DNA of 64,000 nt from assembly GCA_963665295.1 (NCBI GenBank), contig OY762209.1:1312001-1376000 (forward strand). The letters run 5' to 3'. Origin of the DNA: Syntrophorhabdaceae bacterium. GTDB lineage: Bacteria > Desulfobacterota > Syntrophorhabdia > Syntrophorhabdales > Syntrophorhabdaceae. Below are positions 1 through 10,575 of this stretch, one piece after another. The position numbers and the translations under genes are program-made. Every line of letters starts with the position of its first letter. Within the stretch, counting starts at the first letter, position 1. Under the pieces are notes generated by a model. That model was not told where the DNA came from. It saw only the letters and a list, made by a program, of their open reading frames with translations, and searched no databases.

Positions 1-151
1 CATAGCTTGGCAAAATCTCATCATGAGTCAACCGGCGGGCATGTGTTCCACGCGGACCGGACGCGGGAAAGACGGAAAAGGTCCGTCCACTCTTTCCTGT
101 CCATGTTCAGAGGTCAGGGATAGGGCTGTGATACTTCCTTATGGGCTTCGA

Positions 152-1432
152 TCATCTCCTGCCTTTCCCCGATATGCACGTATCAAGCATGTCCTCTCGT
201 GCATTGCATTCAGAGACTGCGCCCTGTTGTTTTCCTATGGTCTTGCACCATCCGGAATGATCGGCTTCCTTCCCGTGAAACCGGATGCTGTTCGTCTTGT
301 CGTAACCGCAACCGAGGGACAGGTTTTCGTTATTTTGTGCAATGGCATCCCTGCTGTACTGAGCGCAACTGGAAGCGCTGTTGTCGGCATATTTGCATGG
401 CTTCCGGGTCCGGACTTTGCCTGTCTGATCCGCCTGCGCAAAGGGATTGCTCTTTTCCTCCGTGTAGAATGAGTCCGACGCCTCACCCACGTTCTGCCAG
501 GTTTTACCGTTATCCTTCGTCTTGACCACGCGGAGCATCACCTTGTTGAGTCCTTTCTGGGGAATGGTGAAAGTGAAGGTGGTCTGGTTGTAGCCTTTTG
601 TCCTCACCTGTCCGTTGAGGTACCAGTAATACCCGTACAGGGCATTGCCGGACCATGCGTCCGATTCCACCCTGCCCTGATATGTCGCCTGTTTGCCCAC
701 TTGATTGGGGAGTTTGCCGGAGACAAATATCTTCACCGTTTCCAAGGGGAGCTTTTGCTGCTGACTCGCCTGCTGCTGACTTGCCTTGGCGCCCGCGAGG
801 TTCTGTTTTATCTCGTCGCAGGACCTCACCACCGACTTGAGTTGTCCCTCCAGGCGGAAGCATTCGTCCCGTTTCTTCGAACTTTCGAGGCAGGCGGCAT
901 ATTCCCGTTCCTTTTTTGCGATGAGTTCGTCGAGTTGCTTGATAGCCCTGGACTTTGGGTCGGTGATCGGATTTCGGCCGGCCTGCAAGTCCTCTAATTG
1001 GTCCTTCAAGTTATCCATCTCCTCCCGTTCGCTCCGGCAGGACAACCCGTAATTTTCACAATATAGTAAACGCTCCGAGAGTTGGGAAATCTGCTTTTTG
1101 ATCCCCTCCATCAAACGCTCCGGCGTGACAAATGACGGCATGGGAGTATTAAGGCGGGTGGCCCGCTCTTTCTTCTTCTTGTCCATGTAATCCTTGATCT
1201 GATCACACGTTTCATTTCTGGTCGGCGCGTAGGGACATTCCTTCAGGATTCTTTGATTCAGCCGATCCCAGCTTGCCTGGCAATCCCTGAGGCCTGTTTC
1301 GAGTTCCTTAACAGTAGCGGCTTCAGTACGGTCCAAAGCGGAAAAGGCGAACAGTGAAAGGGCGACGGCGAAACAGATAAACGGTAAAGAAACGGGGGAC
1401 CTCGTGGTTTTCCGCGAAAACAGGCCGGCCAT
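152..1432 (-). CDS. Secreted hypothetical protein with long coiled-coil, Ig/PKD-like middle and Cys-rich C-terminal module
   Basis: 426-aa ORF, GGAGG RBS, N-terminal hydrophobic signal, heptad-rich region, C-terminal CxxYxxxAxxQ..N...CG..R.....H..WC motif. Confidence 0.75.
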   Translation of the reverse strand: MAGLFSRKTTRSPVSLPFICFAVALSLFAFSALDRTEAATVKELETGLRDCQASWDRLNQRILKECPYAPTRNETCDQIKDYMDKKKKERATRLNTPMPSFVTPERLMEGIKKQISQLSERLLYCENYGLSCRSEREEMDNLKDQLEDLQAGRNPITDPKSRAIKQLDELIAKKEREYAACLESSKKRDECFRLEGQLKSVVRSCDEIKQNLAGAKASQQQASQQQKLPLETVKIFVSGKLPNQVGKQATYQGRVESDAWSGNALYGYYWYLNGQVRTKGYNQTTFTFTIPQKGLNKVMLRVVKTKDNGKTWQNVGEASDSFYTEEKSNPFAQADQTGKVRTRKPCKYADNSASSCAQYSRDAIAQNNENLSLGCGYDKTNSIRFHGKEADHSGWCKTIGKQQGAVSECNAREDMLDTCISGKGRR

Positions 1433-1686
1433 GCACCCTCCATGAGTCGGATTGGATACCCGTTCCTATGTCCTCAGTCCTGACGGCTTTGCGTGGACAC
1501 CGCAGCAGGCCTGCTCCCCGGGTTCAGGCTCAATTATCATATAGGAAGAGATGTTTTTCAACGAAAATAGCATGGATGTCTGTTGGTGATATATCATCTG
1601 TTCCACGGAAACCGATTACACGCTCTGCCATCTTGTCGGCCTCGAAGGATATCTGTGCCCACATCGCAACCATCGCCTTTCTCCCG

Positions 1687-2823
1687 TCACAGGACCCTCT
1701 TCATGCCGGGAATGAGGCGTATGAGGTATGACACGAGGAACGATCCCGGTATCGAGAGAAGGGACACGACGGCAAACAGGGTAAAAGGCCCGGCCTGCAC
1801 AGGGTCAAATGCATACTGGAGGGCAACCACCACGGGTACGTGAATGATGTATGTCCCGTACACGTTTTCCGCGAGAATCCGGGCAACAGGCCCCGTACGA
1901 TTGAAGAAGGCCCGGAACAGGGCGAGAAGTCCTATTGAGACCCCCACGCACAGCAAGGCCTCCCTGTATTCCCAAAGAAAGAAGGCGGCCCGGCGGCCCC
2001 TCGAGTATAGCTGGATAAGGGAGACCACATAGACGCCCAGGCCGGGGACCAGCCAGAGCATGTTGCGGGGCGTGGTAAGGGTCTCCAGGAAACGCCCCCT
2101 GCAGGCAAGAACGCCGAGGACGAAAAAAGACAGGTACTGCGGCATGTGTGCAGGTTCCATCTGTATGAATCCGAGAAAGAATATCCACCGGTCCATGGGG
2201 AACCCCCACGGGCCCCGCATGACGTGGGTGACAAACCCCAGGATCGCAATATAGACAAGGATCGCGTAGAGCCCCACGTCCCGGGGCGTGGAAGTCTGCC
2301 GGGAAGGCGCCCATTTTTGCAGGGCTGTTCTTATTGCCGCGTAGAGGACCGAGTAGACAAGCAAGTGCTCTATGAACCATAAATGGGCGATATTGAACAC
2401 GTTGCGAGGGTCCGCCGCATCCGGGGTGTGTCCCAGCCAGTGCCGAAAATAGAAATCATGGAAACTTATGCAATTCGTATAGTGCGCGTACTTCACATAT
2501 TCCATGACGGGAACCATAAGAAAGGCCCCGAAGAGGAGGGGGATGCCGAAGCGGATCAGCCTGTCGGTAACGAACCTGCGGGCCCCGTGGCGATCGAAGG
2601 ACGAAGGAAAAAAATATCCTGATATGAAGAAGAAGAGCCCCATGAAGAAGGACGCGTTGAAGTGGAATAGAAGCCCCAGCGACTTTACCCGGTCACCGGG
2701 ATATGAATAAGGCCAGACCCCGCCCGTTGACCCGTATGCCTGCCCTACATGGTGTATGATGACGAGAAATATAAGGGCGACCTTCAGGTTGTCGAGGTAG
2801 TAAAGGCGCCTCTCGTCGGTCAT
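1687..2823 (-). CDS. Acyltransferase family 3 (OpgC/MdoC-like) membrane protein
   Basis: RLYYLDNLK..H, F.MGLFFFISGYF, HLWF motifs; many TM segments. Confidence 0.9.
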   Translation of the reverse strand: MTDERRLYYLDNLKVALIFLVIIHHVGQAYGSTGGVWPYSYPGDRVKSLGLLFHFNASFFMGLFFFISGYFFPSSFDRHGARRFVTDRLIRFGIPLLFGAFLMVPVMEYVKYAHYTNCISFHDFYFRHWLGHTPDAADPRNVFNIAHLWFIEHLLVYSVLYAAIRTALQKWAPSRQTSTPRDVGLYAILVYIAILGFVTHVMRGPWGFPMDRWIFFLGFIQMEPAHMPQYLSFFVLGVLACRGRFLETLTTPRNMLWLVPGLGVYVVSLIQLYSRGRRAAFFLWEYREALLCVGVSIGLLALFRAFFNRTGPVARILAENVYGTYIIHVPVVVALQYAFDPVQAGPFTLFAVVSLLSIPGSFLVSYLIRLIPGMKRVL

Positions 2824-2858
2824 ATGCTCATCACCTGCGGTCGGCCGGCCTGACCCGG

Positions 2859-3359
2859 TCAGTCACTTGCCGAAAAACCTTCGTGAAACACCACAGTTCC
2901 TCGAGGTATTTTTTCGCTGAACGGCAGGGCGAGGAAGACTTCCTGCGGAATACCCTCGTAAATAAATCCCGGAATATTCCTGAAACCGAACCTTTTATAA
3001 TAGTTCGGGTCGCCCACAAGAGCACAACCCCGGCCGCCCCGCGCCTTGAGCAGGGACAATCCTTCGCGGATAAGCGCTTTCCCGATGCCTTGTCTGTGCA
3101 GTTCGGGCAGCACGGAAACTGGGCCGACGCCATACCAATCCGGGGTGCCGTCGGAAATAGTCACAGGCGAGAAGGCTATGTGACCCACCACCTGTCGATC
3201 ATCCTCCGCAACCAGCGAAAGGGCCAGCGCATTTCCTTTCCGTAACGCCTTTATTATGAATTGCTCCGTGTGACTGCTGATCGCAAGAGTCCGAAAGGCA
3301 GCGATGGTAACTTCGGATATTGCCGCAATATCCGAGACTGTTTCATTCCTTATGATCAT
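2859..3359 (-). CDS. GNAT N-acetyltransferase (YhbS-like)
   Basis: IRNE, VGHIAFS, GPVSVLPE..RQGIGKALI, LVGDPNYYKRFGF motifs. Confidence 0.92.
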   Translation of the reverse strand: MIIRNETVSDIAAISEVTIAAFRTLAISSHTEQFIIKALRKGNALALSLVAEDDRQVVGHIAFSPVTISDGTPDWYGVGPVSVLPELHRQGIGKALIREGLSLLKARGGRGCALVGDPNYYKRFGFRNIPGFIYEGIPQEVFLALPFSEKIPRGTVVFHEGFSASD

Positions 3360-3530
3360 TTTACCTCCTGTCTTTCACTTCCCCACGACGGCGGGCAATG
3401 ATCCGCCCCAACCGGCTGTTTCTCAAGAATACTATTATTTAAAAGGGTACCTTGTCAATGATGCCCGGCTCGTTCCTCCCCGGGGATTTCTGCGGAAAGG
3501 CCCTGGAATATGCTATCTTAATCTCCGAAC

Positions 3531-4724
3531 ATGGCAAGACCTGCACCCATATACGGACGCCTTTCATCGCCCTGGTTCATGCTGTTTGTGGTCCTTGCCG
3601 CCAGCCTCGCGGCCCCTCTCAACCAGTTCAAGGTTCCCCCTGTTATGCCCCTTCTCATGGATACTTTTACCCTTCCCGTGGGCAGGGCCGGTCTTCTCAT
3701 GTCCGTTTTTTCCATCACCGGCCTTGTGTTCGCCATCCCCGCAGGCTTTATTTACCAGAAGCTCGGCTACAGGGCCGCCTTTCTCATTGCCTTTGCCTGT
3801 ATGATGCTTGGCGGCATTACGGGGGCGGTGAGCGCCGACGCGGGGACCATGCTCGCCGGCCGTGTCGTCGAGGGGATGGGCCTCTGCCTTATCACCATGG
3901 CGGCGCCGCCCCTGATCCGCCTCCTTTTCACCCGGGAGAAAAGGGGCCGGGCGATGGCTGTCTGGGTCGTCTATGTTCCTCTCGGCCAGATGATCGTGTT
4001 CGGCGCCGCCCCGTATATTACCGCGGCGTGGGGTTGGCGGGGAATCTGGTGGTGGGCCCTTGCCTTTACCGCCCTTGCAGGTCTGCTCTTTTTCCTCTTT
4101 GTCAGGCCGGTCTCCTGTGAAAACGATCCGCCGGAGGCAGGGGCCGGGATGAAAGAGATGGGCCGGGTGCTTTTTCGCAGGGACCTGTGGCTCCTGGGCC
4201 TTCTCTTTCTCACCTTCAATTTTGTGTTCATCGCCTTCAGGACGTGGATGCCCACGTTCCTCTTACGAGTAAAGGGCGCCCCTGCAGGGTACGGCTCGTT
4301 CCTCATGGCCCTCATGTCCGTCTTCATTATCGCCCCCGCCCCCCTTATAGGGCGGGCGTGCGACGCGATAGGGTCCCGGAGGCTCGTCTGCATGTTCTCC
4401 ATGCTCGTCTTCATGGCCATGCTGCCCCTCTCCTCCTCCTTAAGCCCCCCCATGCTCATTCCCTGGCTGGCCGTGTTGGGCGTGATCTGCGCCTTTCTGC
4501 CTACCGCGGTCTTTCTTGCCGCCACCGACCTGATCCAGGACGAAAGGTTCGGAGGCCTGACCATGGCCGTTATCCAGTTGGGTCAGAATGCGGGGATGCT
4601 CCTGGGCCCGCTTGTCTTCGGCATGATCGTGAGTGAGACCCGGAGTTGGTATGCCGCTTTCTGGATGCTCGCACCCGTGAGCGCGGCAGGCGCTGTGGCC
4701 GCCTTCTTCACAAAGGTGCGTTAG
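3531..4724 (+). CDS. MFS transporter
   Basis: About 12 hydrophobic segments, MFS motif-like G...QKLGYR and D.IGSRR. Confidence 0.88.
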   Translation: MARPAPIYGRLSSPWFMLFVVLAASLAAPLNQFKVPPVMPLLMDTFTLPVGRAGLLMSVFSITGLVFAIPAGFIYQKLGYRAAFLIAFACMMLGGITGAVSADAGTMLAGRVVEGMGLCLITMAAPPLIRLLFTREKRGRAMAVWVVYVPLGQMIVFGAAPYITAAWGWRGIWWWALAFTALAGLLFFLFVRPVSCENDPPEAGAGMKEMGRVLFRRDLWLLGLLFLTFNFVFIAFRTWMPTFLLRVKGAPAGYGSFLMALMSVFIIAPAPLIGRACDAIGSRRLVCMFSMLVFMAMLPLSSSLSPPMLIPWLAVLGVICAFLPTAVFLAATDLIQDERFGGLTMAVIQLGQNAGMLLGPLVFGMIVSETRSWYAAFWMLAPVSAAGAVAAFFTKVR

Positions 4725-4815
4725 GGGCCGGTTTCATTGTGTCCGGCCGGGTAACAAGCCTTACCGGGGATATACCCACGAGGGGTTCGGGATGGGATGG
4801 TTCGGGGGGCGACGA

Positions 4816-4887
4816 CCGGGCAGGCAGGGGTTTTCCTGGATGTCCCCTGACGTTGAAATGTCGGCCCATGACCCGATTCCATTGCCC
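4816..4887 (+). repeat. Dispersed intergenic repeat, copy similar to 10308-10379
   Basis: GGGGTTTTCC.GGATG..CCCTGACG.TGAAATGT.G.CCCATGACCC.ATTCCA.TGCCC shared. Confidence 0.85.
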
Positions 4888-4992
4888 CTGAACCTTCCGG
4901 GACCGGCCTTTTTTGGGCCGGGCAGATTCCCTATTGACATTGACCCCCTCATTGGTTTATGAATTTGAAACGCGAAAAAGGAGGTAGTAACG

Positions 4993-5166
4993 ATGGCAAC
5001 AACAATTAATCAAGATGACTGCTCGGGCTGCGGTATGTGTGCTGAGGCGTGTGCGGCCAATGCTATTACTGTAGACGACGTGGCTTCGGTTGATGCAGGA
5101 CTCTGTACGGATTGCGGGACCTGCGCTGATGAGTGTCCTGTAGGAGCGATAACCAAAGCCGAGTAA
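4993..5166 (+). CDS. 2x[4Fe-4S] ferredoxin (57 aa; absent from the supplied ORF track)
   Basis: Manual translation MATTINQDDCSGCGMCAEACAANAITVDDVASVDAGLCTDCGTCADECPVGAITKAE*; two CxxCxxCxxxC motifs; GGAGG RBS directly upstream. Confidence 0.93.
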   Translation: MATTINQDDCSGCGMCAEACAANAITVDDVASVDAGLCTDCGTCADECPVGAITKAE

Positions 5167-5403
5167 ACGGCCGACAGCTTTCGATTCTCCGGTTCATCCG
5201 ATGCGCCCCGGGGCTGTATGATTATAACAGTCCCGGGGCCGTCTTCCTCCAACCTCCCCTTGCCCGGACTGACAGATGAGGTCCTTTCCGACGCAACGTC
5301 CGCCACAATGCTCCTCGTGTCCTGCTGTCGTCCTATGAAGAGGGAGGGATAGAAAATGAGTTCGACATTTCCGGCATCGTGCCGGGAAATGTGAGGGCGA
5401 TCT

Positions 5404-5763
5404 CTATCGCTCGCCGTGGGCGTGCGATTCGACCACCAGGCCGTTTTCACCGAACAGGAAGAACTCGGCGCACAACTCACCGCCAAGCCCTCTGTAGTGA
5501 ATGACTACGCTCTCCACGCCCTTGAGCACGGCCACGAGTTCAAAGTGGAGGTCGGGCCGCGCAGCAAGCGCCTTGACCCAATAGGACCGGACTTCCCCTT
5601 TGCTGTTTAGTCTCCCGCTGCTCCCCGGGATGAACATTGCCATTTTCGGAGAGGAAAACTTCAACGATTCGTCGTAGTACGACATGACGCGCTCCATGTC
5701 ATGGCTGTTCCACGCCTCAATCCACCCGATGGCAAACTTTTCGTAGAACTCGCTGTTCCTCAT
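5404..5763 (-). CDS. SnoaL-like / NTF2 family protein
   Basis: FA..WIEAWNSHD.E..M..Y...F.SP, PDLHFEL motifs. Confidence 0.88.
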   Translation of the reverse strand: MRNSEFYEKFAIGWIEAWNSHDMERVMSYYDESLKFSSPKMAMFIPGSSGRLNSKGEVRSYWVKALAARPDLHFELVAVLKGVESVVIHYRGLGGELCAEFFLFGENGLVVESHAHGER

Positions 5764-5766
5764 GGC

Positions 5767-6186
5767 TCACCTTCCGTAGTGTGGAACCTGCTTTTCCCGA
5801 TAGTAGAGGGGACAGAGGCCTGATGAACCGGGAATATAACTGCGGCATACCGTGGTGCGTGCTTCGTAAATCCCGCAGGAGGCGGATGCCCCGTCCCACT
5901 TGAGATACACGCAGGTCATCCGGCAGGTCTTTATATTTGCCCCGAACTTGTTGACAAGCCGGTCGTCGGACCACGTCACGTCGTTATCCCGCAGGCGGGC
6001 AATAATATCATGACGCCCCTCTGTCTGCCACCGCCTGACGTCCTCGAGAGTGACGTAGGCGATCATATCCAAATGGCAGCAACTGCCGCACCGGCGACAC
6101 GCGATATCCCTATCCTCTTTCACTTCACCCTTCCCCATGAGATAACAGGCAGGACCCCGTGTCCGGGTTTGCGACAAGGCCTCCAT
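5767..6186 (-). CDS. YkgJ-family cysteine-cluster (putative Zn/Fe-chelating) protein; true start may be the downstream Met
   Basis: CRRCGSCC, CVYL, CGIYEAR...CR.Y motifs. Confidence 0.85.
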   Translation of the reverse strand: MEALSQTRTRGPACYLMGKGEVKEDRDIACRRCGSCCHLDMIAYVTLEDVRRWQTEGRHDIIARLRDNDVTWSDDRLVNKFGANIKTCRMTCVYLKWDGASASCGIYEARTTVCRSYIPGSSGLCPLYYREKQVPHYGR

Positions 6187-6236
6187 CGCCCGAAGGGCGT
6201 CACCCGGACGCCCCCGGAGTCTTCCTGAATTTCTGT

Positions 6237-6833
6237 TTACTTCGTACCCTTAGGTGCCCCGCGGTTCTTCTGCGCCCCCGGCATTCCGGGCATGGTGACC
6301 TTGGCATATCCACTCGGAACTTCAAAAAGACTGTCCGCCTGGCCTCCCATCTTGATGTTGCGGTACTCCATGGTCCAACTGCCGTCAAGGGCCGCCATCT
6401 TTACCGGGAATTTGATGTCCGTCGCCATCCACTGATACATCTTCTCCGTCTTTCCACCCGTGTTATAGGTTATCTCGTACTTCTGCGTGGGATGGCCGTC
6501 GATCGTCTCGGACCCGACCAGTTTCCTGCTGACTTCGCCCTGGACCTTTTCGTCCACCTTCGGCTTTGCCGTGGGCTCGGCTTTCATCTCCATATATGAT
6601 TTCTGAGCCGGTGTGACGATCCAGACCACGTCCTTGTCGCCCCTCATGATCGAATACCCCTGCTGACCCTGTCCCTCCATGCGGACTTTCTTGTCTTTGA
6701 TAAACATTTTGGAGGTGTTTGTATTACCGCCCTGGGTCGAAACGACATTTGCGGAAAACTCCATGGCCCACGCGCATACTGCGAAACAGATCGCAATTGC
6801 GGCCACGCCTGACGCGAGAACTGCTCTTTTCAT
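6237..6833 (-). CDS. Secreted DUF4412-like protein
   Basis: Start set at MKRAVL after GGAGG; signal peptide; FSA, KVRME, G.ETIDGHPT.KY, SLFEVPSGY motifs. Confidence 0.8.
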   Translation of the reverse strand: MKRAVLASGVAAIAICFAVCAWAMEFSANVVSTQGGNTNTSKMFIKDKKVRMEGQGQQGYSIMRGDKDVVWIVTPAQKSYMEMKAEPTAKPKVDEKVQGEVSRKLVGSETIDGHPTQKYEITYNTGGKTEKMYQWMATDIKFPVKMAALDGSWTMEYRNIKMGGQADSLFEVPSGYAKVTMPGMPGAQKNRGAPKGTK

Positions 6834-7013
6834 AAATCCCTCCTGAATGAACGTTAAAATAACTGTAGTCATAAATAATCCGGGCGCCTTAAGAGGGCCG
6901 GATTTTCTATCTGTAACATTGGAGCAAGCAAAGCGCCTCCTTGTCAAGAAGAAAGGTTCGGTCCCCGTCCCAGACAGGCCGCCGGGCTATCCCGTTCTTC
7001 CGTGATACCCCTG

Positions 7014-9176
7014 TCAGGGGCCCTTCCTGAACTTCGCGGTCACGCTCTGGGCCTTGCTCATGACGACGGTACAGGTGTTGCCCGAAGCAATGCAGCCGGA
7101 CCAGCTCATAAGAGACGAACCGGCGTCAGGGGCAGCGGTGAGGGTTACCTGGGTATTATAGGTGTAGGATGCCTTGCACACGCCCTTGGAGCCGCCTGTG
7201 CAATTGATGCCGCCCGTGTCGCTCGTGACCGTGCCCGCTCCCTTATTTACCGATGAATTTTTCACAGTAAGGGCCTGAGGACCGGCGAATGTGGCCTTCA
7301 CGGTTTGGGCCTTGCTCATGGTGACGGCGCAGGTGGTTCCCGTGCATCCGGGGACAGACCAGCTCATAAGAGACGAACCGGCGTCAGGGGCAGCGGTGAG
7401 GGTTACCTGGGTATTATAGGTGTAGGATGCCTTGCACACGCCCTTGGAGCCGCCTGTGCAATTGATGCCGCCCGTGTCGCTCGTGACCGTGCCCGCACCC
7501 TTGTTTGCCGACGAATTCTTCACGGTAAGCGCTTGAGGACCCGTGAATGTGGCCTTTACGCTCTGGGCCTTGCTCATGACGACGGTACAGGTGTTGCCCG
7601 AAGCAATGCAGCCGGACCAGCCGGTCAAGACGGAGGAAACAGCGGGTGTCGCGGTCAAGGTTACCGTGGTGCCCGCCGCATAGGAAGCGGAGCAGGTGCC
7701 CCCGCAGTCGATGCCCGCAGGTGAGCTTGAGATGGCGCCGTCGCCGTTGTTCTGCCTCACCCTGGCGACGGTAAGCTTCATGGGGTTGGGGACGACGAAT
7801 GTGGCCTTTACATTCCGGGCCTTGCTCATGGTGACGGTGCACGTGTTGCCCGAAGGGGTGCAGCCGGACCAGGAGCCGAATGCGGAGCCCGCGTCGGGGG
7901 TAGCCGTGAGGGTTACGACCGTCTCCTCTGCAAAGATTGCGTTGCATGCCGAGCCGCAGTCGATACCCGGAGGATCGCTCGTGACCGTGCCTGAACCGGA
8001 GCCTGCGCGGGTGACCGCGAGGGTGTAGTTGGTTCCGCTATATAAAAAGGCATGGCACGAGCCGGAGGGGTCGCAGGAATCCCCCGCCACCTGCCCCGTG
8101 CTGTTGATGGCGGCCGCATAACTGTTGGGCCTTCCGGGCAGAACGCCCAGGTCGATCATGGTGCCGCTAAACAGAAAGGCATGACAAAGGCCGGACGCGT
8201 TGCAGGAATCCCCCGCCACCTGCCCCGTGCTGTTGATGACGGCCGCATAACTGGTGGTCCTTCCCGGCAGGACGCCGAGATCGGTCATGACGCCGCCGCT
8301 ATACAGAAAGGCACGGCAAATGTCGGATGAATCGCAGGAATTACCCACCACCTGTCCCGCATCGTTGATGCCGGTAGGAGTACTGTCCGTCATTCCCGGC
8401 AGGACGCCGAGATCGGTCATGACGCCGTTATTGTAAAGAAAAGCATGGCAATTGTTGAATATATCGCAGGACTTCCCCACCACCTGTCCCGCGTCGTTGA
8501 TGCCGACGGCATGACTGTTCTTCATTCCCGGCAGGACGCCGAGATCGGTCATGACGCCGCCGCTATACAGAAAGGCATGGCACGCGTTGGATGAATCGCA
8601 GGAATCCCCTGCCGACTGCCCGGTATTGTTGACCGTGTAGGCTCGACTGTAAATTCTTCCCGGCAGCGCACCCAGGTCGGCGAGAGCGCCGCCGCTATAC
8701 AGAAAGGCGTGCCCGCCGGATTCTCCCGCCACCTGTCCCGCGTCGTTGATGGCCCAGGCAAGACTGGTGGTGCCTCCCGGCAGGAGGCCGAGGTCGGTCA
8801 TGGCGTTGTTTGTGTAAAGGAAGGCGTGGCAAAAGAGGGCCGGGTCGCGGGAATTACCCACCACCTGCCCCGCTTCGTTCATGCCGGAAACATGGCTCAT
8901 GGTGCCTCCCGGCAGGACGCCGAGATCGGTCATGACGCCGTTACGGTAAAGGAAGGCACGGCAAAGGGCTACATCGCATGACCACCCCGCCACCTGTCCC
9001 GCATCGTTGATGAGGGCGGCGGAACTCTCGGTCTTTCCCGGCAGGACGCCGAGATCGGTCATGGCACTGCCCCCGAATGATGTCGCGGGGATCAAGGCGA
9101 CAAAGAAAAGCATATACACAAAGAGGGCTATCCGAGCCTCCCTCCTGTGACCTCCGGACCGGCGACACTCCTCCAT
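7014..9176 (-). CDS. Surface protein: HAF-family extracellular repeats plus four InlB B-repeat-like domains
   Basis: Repeated MTDLGVLPG...S.A..INDAGQV.G.SCD...CHAFLY units; C-terminal TLTA.P..GS...WSGC repeats. Confidence 0.9.
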   Translation of the reverse strand: MEECRRSGGHRREARIALFVYMLFFVALIPATSFGGSAMTDLGVLPGKTESSAALINDAGQVAGWSCDVALCRAFLYRNGVMTDLGVLPGGTMSHVSGMNEAGQVVGNSRDPALFCHAFLYTNNAMTDLGLLPGGTTSLAWAINDAGQVAGESGGHAFLYSGGALADLGALPGRIYSRAYTVNNTGQSAGDSCDSSNACHAFLYSGGVMTDLGVLPGMKNSHAVGINDAGQVVGKSCDIFNNCHAFLYNNGVMTDLGVLPGMTDSTPTGINDAGQVVGNSCDSSDICRAFLYSGGVMTDLGVLPGRTTSYAAVINSTGQVAGDSCNASGLCHAFLFSGTMIDLGVLPGRPNSYAAAINSTGQVAGDSCDPSGSCHAFLYSGTNYTLAVTRAGSGSGTVTSDPPGIDCGSACNAIFAEETVVTLTATPDAGSAFGSWSGCTPSGNTCTVTMSKARNVKATFVVPNPMKLTVARVRQNNGDGAISSSPAGIDCGGTCSASYAAGTTVTLTATPAVSSVLTGWSGCIASGNTCTVVMSKAQSVKATFTGPQALTVKNSSANKGAGTVTSDTGGINCTGGSKGVCKASYTYNTQVTLTAAPDAGSSLMSWSVPGCTGTTCAVTMSKAQTVKATFAGPQALTVKNSSVNKGAGTVTSDTGGINCTGGSKGVCKASYTYNTQVTLTAAPDAGSSLMSWSGCIASGNTCTVVMSKAQSVTAKFRKGP

Positions 9177-9324
9177 CGTATTCCCCCTTCACCACGGATT
9201 TATACATACTTTGCCGGGTTATTCCATGTTTGTAGCACGGAAGGACGCGCCCGGACGGGAAGAGCAAGGCATTGAGCCCACCGTGCATGCGCTTCGGAGC
9301 GGTCCGTGCCGCTCAGCCATGGCC

Positions 9325-10011
9325 TTACCCGTTTTTCTCGTCAACCTGTTCCCGGTACTCCTTGATTCTATGGGGCAATGCGTAAAGGCACTCAAGCAGA
9401 AAATCGAGAAATCTCACTATGTCGCCGGCGTCTTTCGGGGTAGGCGCCGACTGGCCCGGAACCGGGTGGGCGCCTTCATTTTCCAGCTCCCGAACGGCAT
9501 CGGACCACTCTTTCATTACGGGCGGGAGAATACCCTTCCTGTGCAGGTCCTCGATCCCCTGTTTGAGGTTTTCACCCTCTGCCCGGCTGTCTCTCAGGGC
9601 GATCTGCAGGGCGCTCCTTGCCATGATTACGGCAGCGTCGTAGTTTTTCTCCACCAGGTTCCTCTTGGCCTGCAACCAGTACCGTCCTACCTGCTCGGGC
9701 CAATAGCCGGGATACTCGTCATACTTGAGGGGCCACGGGAGGGTGCGAAAGCTGTGAATGCCGCTTGTCGGGCCGAGGACAAAGCTTGAGGAGGACCACA
9801 GTACCATGACGTAACCTTTGCAGTTTCCACATTCAAGAGTGTCGAAGTTCAGGCGTTTGGAGCTGTTGGGTTTCTTCTTTTCAGCGTGAAACACGGTTTT
9901 AAAGCCGCCTTTCTCAAGACAGAAGGGGCACGCTATTCGCCACAACGCAAGTTCGGCTCCCTGTACGCCCGCGTGCTCACCGAGATCCCACCAGCTATCC
10001 ATCTTATCCAT
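9325..10011 (-). CDS. DUF4145-like domain protein with N-terminal Zn-ribbon
   Basis: CPFC...CGNC; AAVIMARSALQ...NLKQGIEDL..G...VRELENEGAH. Confidence 0.8.
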   Translation of the reverse strand: MDKMDSWWDLGEHAGVQGAELALWRIACPFCLEKGGFKTVFHAEKKKPNSSKRLNFDTLECGNCKGYVMVLWSSSSFVLGPTSGIHSFRTLPWPLKYDEYPGYWPEQVGRYWLQAKRNLVEKNYDAAVIMARSALQIALRDSRAEGENLKQGIEDLHRKGILPPVMKEWSDAVRELENEGAHPVPGQSAPTPKDAGDIVRFLDFLLECLYALPHRIKEYREQVDEKNG

Positions 10012-10162
10012 GCCTTATCTCCCCCGTTTTGCCGGCCATGACAATTAATCCGTTGCGAACACGAATTTCCGAAATATTAGTATTTACAGGATATGTTGTC
10101 AACATTAAGGATGCTCAAAGTCCATTCCGGCGCAATGTTCGCAGTGACGCCGTGGTTTTACC

Positions 10163-10575
10163 GCAGACCCGCCGCAAGAACACGAGTCCGGGGCAGATGC
10201 TTTCTGCGGGGTTGGGAAGGTTGCAGGGTTGGGAAGGTTGCAGGGTTGGGAAGGTTGCAGGGTTGGGAAGGTTGCAGGGTTGGGAAGGTTGCAGGGTTGG
10301 GAGAAGGCCGGGCGGGGAGGGGTTTTCCCGGATGCTCCCTGACGGTGAAATGTTGACCCATGACCCAATTCCACTGCCCTCGGTGCGCAGTGCGCAGGAA
10401 GTCCTTGTCTATCCGGCCGTTGGCAGCCCGCAAAGCCCGCAGGTCCTGTCATGCCCGATCCGCCTGTCCGGCGCATGGTGGCGCAAAAACCGCGCCACCG
10501 GTCAATGGAATTGAATGGGTCCCCACCATTCCACCAGAATGCTCGCCACCGGCAAAACCCCTCCCCACCCGGCCC
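10163..10575. repeat. Composite intergenic repeat with imperfect inverted arms (10308-10379 / 10500-10575)
   Basis: Arms are imperfect reverse complements; left part matches 15186-15260 in inverted orientation. Confidence 0.75.
10209..10302 (+). repeat. 17-bp tandem repeat (GGGTTGGGAAGGTTGCA) x5.5
   Basis: Identical units directly abutting, no spacers. Confidence 0.97.

Noticed and set aside
10209..10302. CRISPR array
   Set aside because: Units abut with no spacers, are only 17 bp, and no cas genes are present.
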